Shown here: in pieces, positions 1-9,425 of the stretch | Layout of the letters: each line of letters starts with the position of its first letter | Numbering within the stretch: the first letter of the stretch is position 1 | Source: an uncultured Acidobacteriota bacterium | GTDB taxonomy: Bacteria > Acidobacteriota > Thermoanaerobaculia > Multivoradales > UBA5704 | Length of the DNA: 64,000 nucleotides | NCBI GenBank assembly: GCA_963770895.1 | Contig: CAVYRF010000002.1 | Span: 2,944,001 to 3,008,000 of the forward strand | Direction of reading: 5' to 3' | The notes under the pieces: generated by a model | Databases searched by the model: none | The model's input: the letters and a program-made list of their open reading frames with translations, nothing else | What the model was told of the DNA's origin: nothing | Made by a program: the position numbers and the translations under genes

Positions 1-722
1 ACGACGGGGTTGATCAGCACCAGCACCTGCAGGATGGGGATGGTGTGGAGCGCGACCCAGGGGTAGTAGACGCAACCCAGGAGGGTGAGCGGCACCAGCA
101 GGAGGGCGAACAGGAAGTTGATGCGGCGGGGCGACACGATCGTGCCCAGGACCAGGCCCAGCGCGGCGCCGACCAGGGCGCCCAGGGGCAGGACGGTCGC
201 GAACAGCAGGGGGTGGGACCAGTCGACGCTCGCCGCGAAGCCCGAGGCGACCCACACCGCCGGCAGCACCAGCAGGCCGGCAAACAGGGCCTGAATGGCG
301 CCGCTGATCACCTTGCACAGGCCGACCACCCGCACCGGGACGGGGGCCATCACCCGGTCTTCGATCTCCTTGGTGCCGTAGAACTCGGTCACCAGCGGCA
401 GCGCCACCGCGGTGAACCCCTGGAACATGAGGGTGTTCGCCATCAGGCCCGGCAGCAGCATGCTGGCAAAGGCGGCGGCGCCGTGGCCGCCGATGTCCTG
501 GCCGACGCGCGGAAAGACATAGGCAAAGACGAAGGCGAACAGCGCGGGCTGGACGGAGGTGCGCAGCACGAAGGCGGCGCCGTCCTGAAACAGGACCCGC
601 AGATCGCGCTCGATCAAGGCCAGCGCCGTGGCCAGGCCGGCGGTGAACGGCACCCCGGCGCGGGCGCTCGCCGGGTTGGATGGCGTGGCCGCGGGCGTGG
701 CGGAGGCCAGGGAGGTGCTCAA
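1..722 (-). CDS. ABC-2 type transporter permease (3' end outside window)
   Basis: Manual translation from a TTG at 722 overlapping the ATPase stop (TTGA): ...ALIERDLRVLFQDGAAFVLRTSVQPALFAFVFAYVFPR...FQGFTAVALPLVTEFYGTKEIEDRVMAP. Multi-TM and directly downstream of an ABC ATPase. Confidence 0.85.
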   Translation of the reverse strand, partial: MSTSLASATPAATPSNPASARAGVPFTAGLATALALIERDLRVLFQDGAAFVLRTSVQPALFAFVFAYVFPRVGQDIGGHGAAAFASMLLPGLMANTLMFQGFTAVALPLVTEFYGTKEIEDRVMAPVPVRVVGLCKVISGAIQALFAGLLVLPAVWVASGFAASVDWSHPLLFATVLPLGALVGAALGLVLGTIVSPRRINFLFALLLVPLTLLGCVYYPWVALHTIPILQVLVLINPV

Positions 723-1798
723 GCGCGGTACTCCTTTCCGGTGAGCTTCAGGAACACGGCTTCCAGGCTGGGTTGGGCGATCGAGAGGTCGCGCAGCTCG
801 CCGCCGGCGCGGCCCACGGCGGCCACGACGCCGCCCACCAGCTGCGGATGCGCATGCGCCTGGACGCGGATGGTCATGCCCGTCGGGTCGGTTTCGGCGG
901 CGATCACCCCCGCCAGCCCGGACAGCTCGCGGGCGACGCCGCCGCCCTGGTCGGCGGCGGCCAGGGTGACCTTGATCAGGCGCTCGGCCTGCACCGCGTC
1001 TTTCAATCCCTGCGCGGTGTCAAGCGCCAGCAGGTGGCCGCGGTCGACGATGGCGATGCGCGCGCAGAGCCGCTCGGCTTCTTCCATGTAGTGGGTGGTC
1101 AGGACGATGGTCTGGCCGCCGCGGTTGAGCGCTTCCAGGTCTTCCCACAGGCGCAGCCGCGTCTGCGGGTCGAGGCCGGCGGTGGGCTCGTCCAGGAAGA
1201 GCACTTCCGGCCGGTGCAGCAGGGCGCGCGCGATCAGCACCCGCTGCGCCAGGCCGCCGGACAGCTGCGCCACCGGCACGCGCGCCTTGTCCGCCAGCAT
1301 GAACCGCTCCAGCAGCTCGCCCGCGCGGCGCCGGCACTCGGCGCGCGGCAGCCGGAAGTAGCGTCCGTGGAAGTACAGGTTGTCGAAGACCGAGAGGCTC
1401 CGGTCGAGCGTGTTGGTTTGCGTCACCGCGGCCAGCTTTTCGCGCGCCAGCGCGGGCTGCGCCACCACGTCGATCCCCGCCACGCTGGCCCGCCCCGAAG
1501 TCGGGATGACGCGCGTCGTGAGCATGCCGATCGTGGTCGTCTTGCCGGCCCCATTGGGACCCAGCAGGCCAAAGAACTCGCCCGCCTGCACGGTGAGGTC
1601 GAGCCGGTCCACCGCCAGCACCCCGCCGCGCGCCGCACCGGGCATCGAGCGGTCGCCGTTGCCAGGACTGCCGGCGCCGGGACTGCTGGTGGCCGGCGCC
1701 GCGGCGGCCTGCGGTGCGCGTTGCGGCGGCGCGCCATTGCCGGCGGGAGCGCCATACCGTTTGGTCAGTTGTGCGCAGACGATAGCTGGGTCCGACAT
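719..1798 (-). CDS. ABC transporter ATP-binding protein (DrrA/NodI-like)
   Basis: Walker A GPNGAGKTT, signature LSGG, Walker B LFLDEP, TTH switch. ATG at 1798 with AGGAGG RBS. Confidence 0.93.
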   Translation of the reverse strand: MSDPAIVCAQLTKRYGAPAGNGAPPQRAPQAAAAPATSSPGAGSPGNGDRSMPGAARGGVLAVDRLDLTVQAGEFFGLLGPNGAGKTTTIGMLTTRVIPTSGRASVAGIDVVAQPALAREKLAAVTQTNTLDRSLSVFDNLYFHGRYFRLPRAECRRRAGELLERFMLADKARVPVAQLSGGLAQRVLIARALLHRPEVLFLDEPTAGLDPQTRLRLWEDLEALNRGGQTIVLTTHYMEEAERLCARIAIVDRGHLLALDTAQGLKDAVQAERLIKVTLAAADQGGGVARELSGLAGVIAAETDPTGMTIRVQAHAHPQLVGGVVAAVGRAGGELRDLSIAQPSLEAVFLKLTGKEYRA

Positions 1799-1952
1799 GG
1801 TCCTCCTGATGACGTCCGGTAGCAGCGGCGCGGCGCGCCGGGGCTGGGCGCGAGCGGCGAGCGGCGAGCGCGGGACGAAGCTTACACGCGCGGGGCGGTC
1901 TGTGGGCGGCGCCCCTGCGTGCTCCTGGACCGCCAGGCTGTATGCTTCAAGC

Positions 1953-2333
1953 ATGGACATGCAACTGTTTCGCACCGACCGTTCGCTGGCGCAGCCGACG
2001 GATACGCCGCAGTACTTCGAAGGGCAGGTCTCGATGCAGGGATTAGTGGTCGGCGAAAGCTCGCAGGAGCTCGACATCCGCGCCGTGTACTTCGAGGACG
2101 GAGCCCGCACCATCCCGCATACGCATTCGACCGACCAGGTGCTGTACGTGGTGTCGGGTACCTGCGTCGTGGCCGACGAATCGGGCCGCCGCCAGGCGGG
2201 GCCGGGCGAATACGTGCTGCTGCCGGCCAACCGGTGGCATTGGCACGGCGCGGCGCCAGGCCAATCCATGTGCCACGTCTCCATCCGCCAGCCCGGCCCG
2301 ACCGACTGGACCGTCGAGCGGCGCGACTGGTAG
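1953..2333 (+). CDS. Cupin domain protein
   Basis: HTHSTDQVLYVVSG and PANRWHWHGA cupin motifs in the C-terminal part of ORF 1380..2333. Start placed at ATG 1953 (or 1959). Confidence 0.85.
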   Translation: MDMQLFRTDRSLAQPTDTPQYFEGQVSMQGLVVGESSQELDIRAVYFEDGARTIPHTHSTDQVLYVVSGTCVVADESGRRQAGPGEYVLLPANRWHWHGAAPGQSMCHVSIRQPGPTDWTVERRDW

Positions 2334-2491
2334 CGGCCGAGCCCGGATCGGCCACTCGCGCGGCGACCGATGGTCGCTTCATGATGGGCTGCTCCCCGGC
2401 GCCGGCGGGACGAGCGCATTGGTCTTATACCGCGACTCGCCTTTGAGTCTGAGCTGGTAGGCGTTGTGGACCAATCGAGAGAATTCTGCCG

Positions 2492-3001
2492 ATGACGACG
2501 ACACCCACTCCTGACACCCGCAGGCTCCTGCTCAGCGACTGGCCGGCCGTCGCCGATCAACCCTGGCAAGCAGGGGCCTCGCGGGACCGCCGGCACGGCT
2601 ACCGTGCCGGCGACGCCGCGCTGGCCGAGGTCAGCCGCCGCCTGCGCGCCGGCGTGCGCGCCCGCGACGCCGGCGGCCGCTACGGCGGCGAAGAGTTCCT
2701 CATCGTCCTCGCCGCCTGCGACGAAGCCCACGCGGCCGCATCGCCGAAGACCTGCGCGCCCGAGTGGCCGCCGAACCGGTGACCGCGGCCCACCTCCAAC
2801 TGGCCGTGACCCTCAGCTTCGGCGTCGCCGCAACCTCGGTTGCCGCGGGGCCCGCCGCACTACCCCACCGCCCCCGCCAGCACCGCCACCTTGATCGCCG
2901 CCGCCGATCAGGCGCACTACCGCGCCAAAGCCGCCGGCCGCGACCGCATCGAGCTGGCCTCCGGCCGCCCCCTCGCAATGCCGGCGCCGCCCCAACGCTG
3001 A
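2492..3001 (+). pseudogene. Frameshifted diguanylate cyclase (GGDEF) remnant
   Basis: HGYRAGDAAL...RYGGEEF in one frame, VTLSFGVA in a second, LIAAADQAHYRAKAAGRDRI in a third. The N-terminal part of the domain is not recognisable. Confidence 0.8.
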
Positions 3002-3094
3002 GACCCAACCGGCCCGCAACCGCCTCCTGCTCAGGACAGTGTCGGAGCGAGGCCGCCTCGGCATACAGCGCGCCGAGGGCGGCCGGGCTGCCGG

Positions 3095-3331
3095 TCACTC
3101 GCAGGCGTCGAGGCACTCTATATAGACTGCGAGGCAGGTCTTACTGCACGCGGCCTGTTGCCCAGCCGGGAGCGTCTTGCAGTTCGCCTGGCACGCCACG
3201 TCGTTGGGCGCGCACTCCTTGGTATTGCAACTTACGGCGGCATGTGCCTTCTGGCCGGTCATCAAAAGGGTGGTGCCCACCGTCAGGAGCACGAAGGCGA
3301 GCTTGAGGGTGGCGGCTGACAGTCGTCTCAT
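3095..3331 (-). CDS. Small secreted cysteine-rich protein (8 Cys)
   Basis: GAAAGGAAG RBS, Sec-like signal ending AHA|A, mature region with CX4C, CX3C, CX3C, CX3C. Confidence 0.7.
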   Translation of the reverse strand: MRRLSAATLKLAFVLLTVGTTLLMTGQKAHAAVSCNTKECAPNDVACQANCKTLPAGQQAACSKTCLAVYIECLDACE

Positions 3332-3367
3332 GGATTCTTCCTTTCAAGAATGAGGCCCAGAAGTTAG

Positions 3368-4306
3368 GTGCCGGGAGTCACCGTACCCGCGACGAGGCAT
3401 GGGCGGACCGGCGGACCGCCTGAAGATTTCGCGGTCCCGGTCGGAGAGGGACCGCGGCGCCGGCTCCGGGCCTGCCTGAGAAGGGTGATGCCTCGGACTG
3501 GATCGCGGCCCGGGAGGGCGAGGGGTGCACCGCCGGCGAGATGCGGCGCGAGCTCGCCGCCGGGAAGTGGGTGCGGCTCACCCCTACATGGCGAACCGGC
3601 TGCTGTCCCTGGCCTCGAAAGTCTGGTCGCTGGCGCAGCGCTGGCAGTGGTTCCCGCACGACCGCAGCAACCTGCTGCTCGCCACGATCGGTATGCGGAA
3701 CCCGCACGGGGGCGCGGTCTCAGCCGCGAAGAGCTGGGCCGCATCGGCGCTGCGCTCGAACAGGAAGACGACGCGGCAGCCGTGGCGGCCTTCAAGTTCT
3801 GCCTGTTGACCGGTGCGCGACCGGCGGAGGTGGTCGCCGCGCGGTGGGAGCAAATCGATGTGGTGGACCGCACCTGGAGGCTCAAGGCCGCGAAGACCGG
3901 CCCGCGCGTGGTGATCCTGGGAGCGGTGGCGGCAGAAGTGCTCGCGGCGCTGCCCGAGCGGCCCGTGGGTGTTCGTGCGCCCGGCGGCCAGCGCCAACCA
4001 CATCCCTAGCCTGCGTCCTCTTTGGGAGGCCGTCACGGCCCGCGCCGAGGTTCCTGCCGGTGTCCGGCTGTAGACGCCACGCGGCATGCCTTCGGCACGG
4101 CGGCGGCCGAGCTGGGCGTAGACCGCGAAGTCCGCAAGCTTCTGATGGGGCACGCGCCCGGGACGGATGCCCACGACCGCTACACCCATCGGAGCCAATC
4201 CCTGGTCGCGGCGGCCGACCTCGTGAGCGGATGGCTACGCGCGGCGCTTGACCGAGCTGCGCTATATCGAAGGCTTCCTGGACTCGGTACGCCGCTCGGC
4301 CGATGA
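3368..4306 (+). pseudogene. Degenerate tyrosine recombinase/integrase
   Basis: Pieces in different frames: HPYMANRLLSLASKVWSLA (core-binding), LLTGARPAEV...KTG (box I, catalytic R/K), RHAFGT...LMGH...DRY (box II, catalytic Y). Confidence 0.85.
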
Positions 4307-4402
4307 CTCGGACCTGCCGCCGGAGGAGGAAGACCTGGCCATCTTCGCCGGCCGCTTGGCCCGCCAGGTCGGCGCCATCGTTGAGGCGATCGAGGTCCGG
4401 CT

Positions 4403-4711
4403 GTGATCGCGCCCGTTCGCCAGCGCGAGGTCGAGAAGGCGCGCATCACCTTGGTTCGCCTTGTCGGGCTCAAGGGAATCACCCGAAAGGAGATCCAGCG
4501 GCGTCTCCAGGAGCAGGGCCACCGCATCGACGCCACCCGTGTCCTGCGCGGCGAGCTGGACCTGAAGCTGTGGCAACTTGTTGCCATCCTGGAGGTGTTG
4601 GAGATGGCGCCCTTGGAGTTCTTCAAGCTCACCTTTCGAGAGCCCAAGGAGCACAGCCCGTTCCGCCTGCAGCTCGAAGCCATGATGGCCCCCTTCCACG
4701 GGCAGCAGTGA
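4403..4711 (+). CDS. XRE-like helix-turn-helix protein
   Basis: GITRKEIQRRL...TRVLRGELDLKLWQLVAILEVLEMAPLEFF, an XRE-type pattern. Confidence 0.6.
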   Translation: MIAPVRQREVEKARITLVRLVGLKGITRKEIQRRLQEQGHRIDATRVLRGELDLKLWQLVAILEVLEMAPLEFFKLTFREPKEHSPFRLQLEAMMAPFHGQQ

Positions 4712-4939
4712 AGCCCCGCCGCCTCAAGGTCACCACGTTCACCGTCCGGGCCAGTCAGGAGCAGGCCCGGCGGTGGGCGCGGGTGGCGCGCCACCTCGGA
4801 TGCCGTTCCGTCTCGGCCTGGTCGGAAGCGATGGCAGAGGAACAGGCGCGGAGAGTGGACAGGATAATGCTAAATAGGCACCGCGGACTCGGCGGCAAGC
4901 CGCCGCGGTGGACTGGCTGCGCCTCGGCTGGCCAGGTCC

Positions 4940-4969
4940 TTGACAACTGGCAGGATGCGACAACATCAT
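4940..4969 (+). promoter_or_regulatory. Putative sigma70 promoter and operator of vapBC (probably leaderless)
   Basis: TTGACA at 4940-4945, CATCAT at 4964-4969, inverted GATG-N6-CATC at 4954-4967, ATG at 4976 with no RBS. Confidence 0.5.
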
Positions 4970-4975
4970 CGGCGT

Positions 4976-5236
4976 ATGTTGAAGACTGTGACGCTTGACC
5001 CGGATGTCGCCGAGCGAATCGAGCAGGAGGTCCGTCGGGCGGGCAAGCCGGCTCAGGCTGTGGTCAACGACGCTTTACGCATCCGCCTCGGACTGAAGGG
5101 GGATAGGAACGTCCAAGAACCGTTCCACGTCGAGCCCCACAACTTCAGGTTCACAGCCGGGCTCGACCTCAACAAGATGAACCATCTGGCAGACGACTTG
5201 GAGGCTGCGGCAGCCGCGCAGAAGGTCAGGGAGTGA
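4976..5236 (+). CDS. vapB: VapB-type antitoxin (ribbon-helix-helix N-terminus)
   Basis: MLKTVTLDPDVAERI...VVNDALR RHH pattern. Its stop overlaps the PIN gene start (GTGA). Confidence 0.8.
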   Translation: MLKTVTLDPDVAERIEQEVRRAGKPAQAVVNDALRIRLGLKGDRNVQEPFHVEPHNFRFTAGLDLNKMNHLADDLEAAAAAQKVRE

Positions 5237-5643
5237 TCCTCCCCGATATCAATCTTCTGCTCCACGCCTACAACTCCGATTCCCCCGTGCATGGCGCTGC
5301 ACGCCGATGGTGGGAAGATCGGCTGACGGAAGGCTCTCCCGTCCATCTGCCCTGGGTGGTCCTTCTAGGGTTTCTGCGCCTGGTAACTCACCGCCAGATT
5401 GCCGCGAACCCTCTTCCAGTCTCCGCGGCATGCGAGATTGTCGAGTCGTGGCTTACCAGATCACAAGTTTCTGTGCTTCACCCCGGCGATCGGCATCCTG
5501 CGATCCTCTTCGGCTTTCTCCGGTCCACTGGAGCGGGGGGCAACATGATGCCGCTCAGGCTGGCAGATATGCCCCGTGGCCCGACCTTGAAGCAGGGCGC
5601 GTGGCAATCCTGCCTCCGATGCCAGTTGGCGGCGCCGCCCTGA
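5233..5643 (+). pseudogene. vapC: VapC PIN-domain toxin, C-terminally disrupted
   Basis: MILPDINLLLHAYN...FLRLVTH...GGN, then similarity is lost at about 5545, where the usual DAHLAA...D..F segment should follow. Confidence 0.75.
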
Positions 5644-6104
5644 CCGTCTCGCACCGCGATGACGGAGCCGCAAAGCGCTTCGTCCCGTGTCTCCACGAGC
5701 AGCAACGTGCGCGGTTGAGCATGTCCCTCTCGTGAAGTTCAGCAGAGTGCACCAGGATGTGCCCGCAGCATCGCTTCAGGGACCCAAAATGTAGTCACAT
5801 TGCCAGCAGTTCTTGCGGCTGCGGAGTCGCTTGGAGTCCGCGCATTTTATGGCTGGCGCGCATCCCCGCCGCATTGACGATTCCGGCGCCAGTTGTGGCT
5901 GCATTTAGGCTCCAGGAATCGGCACGGTTGAAGAGCGTTCCGAGTCCCCATTTTCCCTCGGCTGACATGGTGAGGGTTCGGAGCAAGAGATAGGGATGTT
6001 CGCTTCGCTAACATCCCAGGCATTCTCGCCTCCGGCTCAAATGCACGACCGCGACCCCTCCAACTCACATCCTGTGAAGGCGCGCCTCTCCGGCGCCGGG
6101 CACA

Positions 6105-6605
6105 TCACCGATCGAGGTCAAAGAACACCTTTTGCATTGCCAGGAACTCAGCGAAAACCTGATGCAAGACCCCGATGAGATCGGGTGCCATGATGACGCC
6201 GCTGTTCGCGAGTTTGACGAGCTGATTCAGGTTGTTGCCTACCCGATTGAGGGCCGCGAGCGCCAACCGCGTGGCAGGAATTCGAGCGATCGGTTTGACG
6301 CCAAGCACCAACTTGCGAATGAACGCCGTCGGCGTGAGCCCACAAGCTCTGGAGTGGGCGCGAAGCGCCTCCATTTGCATCTCGGTGAAGCGGGTACCGG
6401 CAGTACGAGTGAGCTTTACCGCAGGGCCTGTGACAGCGGGAGGAGGAGCCCACGCTGCCGGCTCCGGCTGGCTTTCCAGACTGCGGAGCACCTGGTGGCG
6501 CACCCACGCAGTAGGTGTCATTTCGAGAGACTCTGCCGCGGTAGCAATGCGGACGAATTCCCCAACAGAGAATCTGACGCCCAGAAGCTTGATCCTTGCC
6601 GCCAT
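6105..6605 (-). CDS. mobC: MobC-like relaxosome accessory protein with two RHH-like units
   Basis: LNRVGNNLNQLVKLAN MobC signature. Two RF-x(2-3)E...G/M.TPTAW/FIR RHH-like segments. Confidence 0.8.
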   Translation of the reverse strand: MAARIKLLGVRFSVGEFVRIATAAESLEMTPTAWVRHQVLRSLESQPEPAAWAPPPAVTGPAVKLTRTAGTRFTEMQMEALRAHSRACGLTPTAFIRKLVLGVKPIARIPATRLALAALNRVGNNLNQLVKLANSGVIMAPDLIGVLHQVFAEFLAMQKVFFDLDR

Positions 6606-7088
6606 CCCCGTTTTCTCTTACGGGCCGGAGAGGAGCATAGTGGTACTGGCAACCTAAAGAAAGGCTGTAATTCCCTGCATTGATGGTATTGCAAGGCTTG
6701 CCATTCCGGGCCACCAGCGCGAACGAACCGCCGCACCCTACTGCATGCGCAAGGCACTCGACAGGAGCCGGCGACCTTCCAACAACCACTCCAGCCTACG
6801 CCAGTGCCCTCGTGGGCGAATTTCGTTAAGAGCCCGGAGAGGACATAGAAAAGGCAGCTATATGCAGCCAGCGACGGCCAGCGACAAATAGATCACTTGC
6901 CGCCTTTTGCCAATGACTCAAAGCTGATTTGACATTCAATGAGTGGTCGGTAGAGTTGTGGCGTATCGCTGCCGGGTGTGCCAGCGTCGTTGCGCAAGGT
7001 CAGGCGAGCGCGAACGCCGCTGATGCGGTCTTCCTCGAAGGCTCGGGCACCCAGGACCGGCGCGATCGTCTCGACTCCGAGGTGCACA

Positions 7089-7289
7089 ATGTCCGACTTG
7101 CTCAACACCCGACAGGCTGCCGAACGTTGCAACCTTTCCGCACGCACCCTGGAGAAGTACCGCGTCGTGGGCGGTGGGCCGCACTTCATCCGCCTGGGAA
7201 GGGCGGTCCGCTACCAGCTCGCAGACCTCGACCATTGGATTGCAGCGGGCCGTCGGCGGACCACCTCGGATAAGCCAATTGGACATTGA
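7089..7289 (+). CDS. AlpA/excisionase-like HTH protein
   Basis: LLNTRQAAERCNLSARTLEKYR..GGGPHFIRLGRAVRY, GAGGTG RBS. Confidence 0.88.
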   Translation: MSDLLNTRQAAERCNLSARTLEKYRVVGGGPHFIRLGRAVRYQLADLDHWIAAGRRRTTSDKPIGH

Positions 7290-9097
7290 CAGTCGCGCAC
7301 CTTGCCATGGTCCCCGATCGCGCCAGCCTGGCGGCCATCGAGCGCGCTCTTGCCGCCCGGCAGAGCCGGCGAGAGGGCCGCGAGGTGCGGTTCCTCTGCC
7401 CTGCGCACGACGACCGCCACCCCTCGGCTCGCTGGCATGGCGACAAGCACACCTGGTACTGCGACGCTTGCAGGAATGGAGGCGGCTGGCGGGACCTTGC
7501 CGGCCGCCTCGGTATCGAGCCGCAGGACGCCCTTCCGCCGGACGCTGAGATCGAAGCGGTCTACGACTACAGGGACGGTGACGGCCGCCTGTGCTTTCAG
7601 GTCCTGCGCAAGCGGGGCAAGACCTTCGCCTGCCGCCGGCCGCTTCCCGGTGGCAGCTGGGCCTGGAACCTTGCAGGCGTCGAGCGGCTCCTCTATCGCC
7701 TGCCGGAGACGCTCGTCGCCATCCGCGGCGGTGCGACGATTTATCTCGTCGAGGGTGAGAAAGACGCAGACCGCTTGGCGGTGCTGGGTCTTGCCGCCAC
7801 CACCAATCCCGGCGGCGCCGGCAAGTGGAGCCGCTCGATGAGCGACTCGCTGCGCGGCGCCCGCGTCGTGATCCTGCCTGACCACGATGCCGCTGGCCGC
7901 CACCACGCCAGGATCGTCGCGGTCAGCCTCGCAAACGTGGCTGCCGACGTTCGCATCCTGTCCTTGCCGGGTCTTCCTGAGAAGGGCGACGTATCGGATT
8001 GGATTGCCGGCCGCATGGCCGCCGGGCGTGCAGCCGACGAGCTGCGCCGCGAGCTCGAAGATCTGGCTGCCGCGGCGCCGCCCGCCGAGACGGTCGCTAA
8101 GCCTCGTTCCGTTCGTCCGTCCCGCCTACGCCGCTTGTCCGAGATCCCGCCGCAGAAGGTTGCCTTTCTCTGGTATCCCTACATCCCGTTGGGCAAGGTC
8201 ACGATCCTGGAGGGTGACCCGGGGCAGGGCAAGAGCTGGATCACCGCGGCAATCGCAGCTGCCGGCTCGCGCGGCGCTGGGCTCCCAGGGTCGTCGCCGT
8301 TTGCCCCGTTCCAGACGATCATCTTCACCGGCGAGGATGGCGTGGCGGATACGCTGCGGCCTCGCCTCGACGCCCTGGGGGCCGACTGCCAGCGCATCCT
8401 GGTCCATGACCAGGCGCTCGACCTGGCGCGCGAGGACGACCTCGCCGAGGTGGAGGAAGCGCTGTCCAGCCACCGGCCCCGGCTCGTCATCTTCGACCCA
8501 ATCGTCGCCTACCTCGGCGCCAAGACCGATTTCTACCGGGCCAACGAAGTGCGGTCCGTCCTCGCACCGCTCGCTCGTTTGGCGGATCGCTACGGATGTG
8601 CGGTCCTCGCCGTGCGCCACCTCAACAAGGCCAAGGGGACTCGCAGCATCTACGCCGGGCAAGGCAGCATCGACTTCACCGCTGCCGCCCGCTCGGTGCT
8701 CCTCGCCGGCTGTGCCCGCGACGACGCGGCCGAACACGCCATGGTTCATATCAAGCACAACCTCACTGAGCCGGGTGCGGCCCAGGCGTATGTGATCGAT
8801 GAGCACGGATTCCGCTGGGCTGGCGAGAGCGCGCTGCGGGCCAGCGATCTGCTCGCACCAGAGGCGACTGCCGATGAAATCTCGTCACTGGACGAAGCCT
8901 GCGACTTCCTACGCCGCCAGCTTGCCGACAAGTCGGTGCCGACCCAGAGGATCTGGGAGGCGGCCCGCGAAGCGGGTCTAGCCCACAACACCATACGCCG
9001 CGCCAAGCAGCGAGAAGGCATCGTCGCCGTGCGCAGGGGCTATGGGGAAGGCGGCACCTGGCACTGGACCTACGAGAAACCGGCCGAGACGACCTGA
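7286..9097 (+). CDS. Zn-finger/TOPRIM primase fused to AAA (RepA/RecA-like) helicase
   Basis: CPAHDD...YCDAC zinc ribbon, VEGEKD and PDHD TOPRIM motifs, Walker A GDPGQGKS, Walker B VIFDP, RHLNK. Confidence 0.9.
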   Translation: MTVAHLAMVPDRASLAAIERALAARQSRREGREVRFLCPAHDDRHPSARWHGDKHTWYCDACRNGGGWRDLAGRLGIEPQDALPPDAEIEAVYDYRDGDGRLCFQVLRKRGKTFACRRPLPGGSWAWNLAGVERLLYRLPETLVAIRGGATIYLVEGEKDADRLAVLGLAATTNPGGAGKWSRSMSDSLRGARVVILPDHDAAGRHHARIVAVSLANVAADVRILSLPGLPEKGDVSDWIAGRMAAGRAADELRRELEDLAAAAPPAETVAKPRSVRPSRLRRLSEIPPQKVAFLWYPYIPLGKVTILEGDPGQGKSWITAAIAAAGSRGAGLPGSSPFAPFQTIIFTGEDGVADTLRPRLDALGADCQRILVHDQALDLAREDDLAEVEEALSSHRPRLVIFDPIVAYLGAKTDFYRANEVRSVLAPLARLADRYGCAVLAVRHLNKAKGTRSIYAGQGSIDFTAAARSVLLAGCARDDAAEHAMVHIKHNLTEPGAAQAYVIDEHGFRWAGESALRASDLLAPEATADEISSLDEACDFLRRQLADKSVPTQRIWEAAREAGLAHNTIRRAKQREGIVAVRRGYGEGGTWHWTYEKPAETT

Positions 9098-9180
9098 TGC
9101 CACTTCCTTCCCGGCACCAGCTGCAAACATCTGGCCTTCGAAATGCCACATCCAACCGCCGGGCCACGGCCGAAAGCGCT

Positions 9181-9425
9181 CATAGATGCCCAAACTCTGC
9201 ATACATACCCATTGGGCATCTATGGAGGCTTGAACCACGGCGCGGAGGAGATTCCTCGGCCGGAAGCCCGCAGAAATCGCGGCACGGTGGCGCATTGCTT
9301 CGTACGCTGGCGCACACGCGGCAGCTCCGGCGTCGGAGTACTTGTTCCTCTCTGGCGGCCTTGCTTGGGGGGCCGGCATAGATGGGCGCTTGGGCATCTA
9401 TGGAGCCCTTGGGCATCTATGGAGC
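9181..9425. repeat. Iteron-like TTGGGCATCTATG repeats (putative element origin)
   Basis: Inverted copy at 9181-9193, direct copies at 9212-9224, 9390-9402 and 9409-9421, partial inverted copy near 9377. Confidence 0.65.

Noticed and set aside
719-2731. 670-aa version of the ABC ATPase
   Set aside because: The N-terminal extension overlaps the cupin gene. A strong RBS supports the ATG at 1798.
3095-3331. Cys-rich peptide as the missing lanthipeptide precursor
   Set aside because: It has a Sec signal rather than a GG-type leader, lies 20 kb from lanC inside a separate island, and its even Cys spacing suggests disulfides.
4708-4998. Possible small RHH-like ORF (KPRRLKVTTFTVRAS...)
   Set aside because: Plausible, but it runs into the vapB promoter and lacks enough support to call.
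5645-6104. Relaxase downstream of mobC
   Set aside because: No long minus-strand ORF and no Tyr or HUH motifs seen. Only a short hairpin at 5993-6017.
9181-9425. Possible mini-CRISPR
   Set aside because: Repeats are 13-17 bp, in mixed orientation and irregularly spaced. An iteron interpretation fits better.
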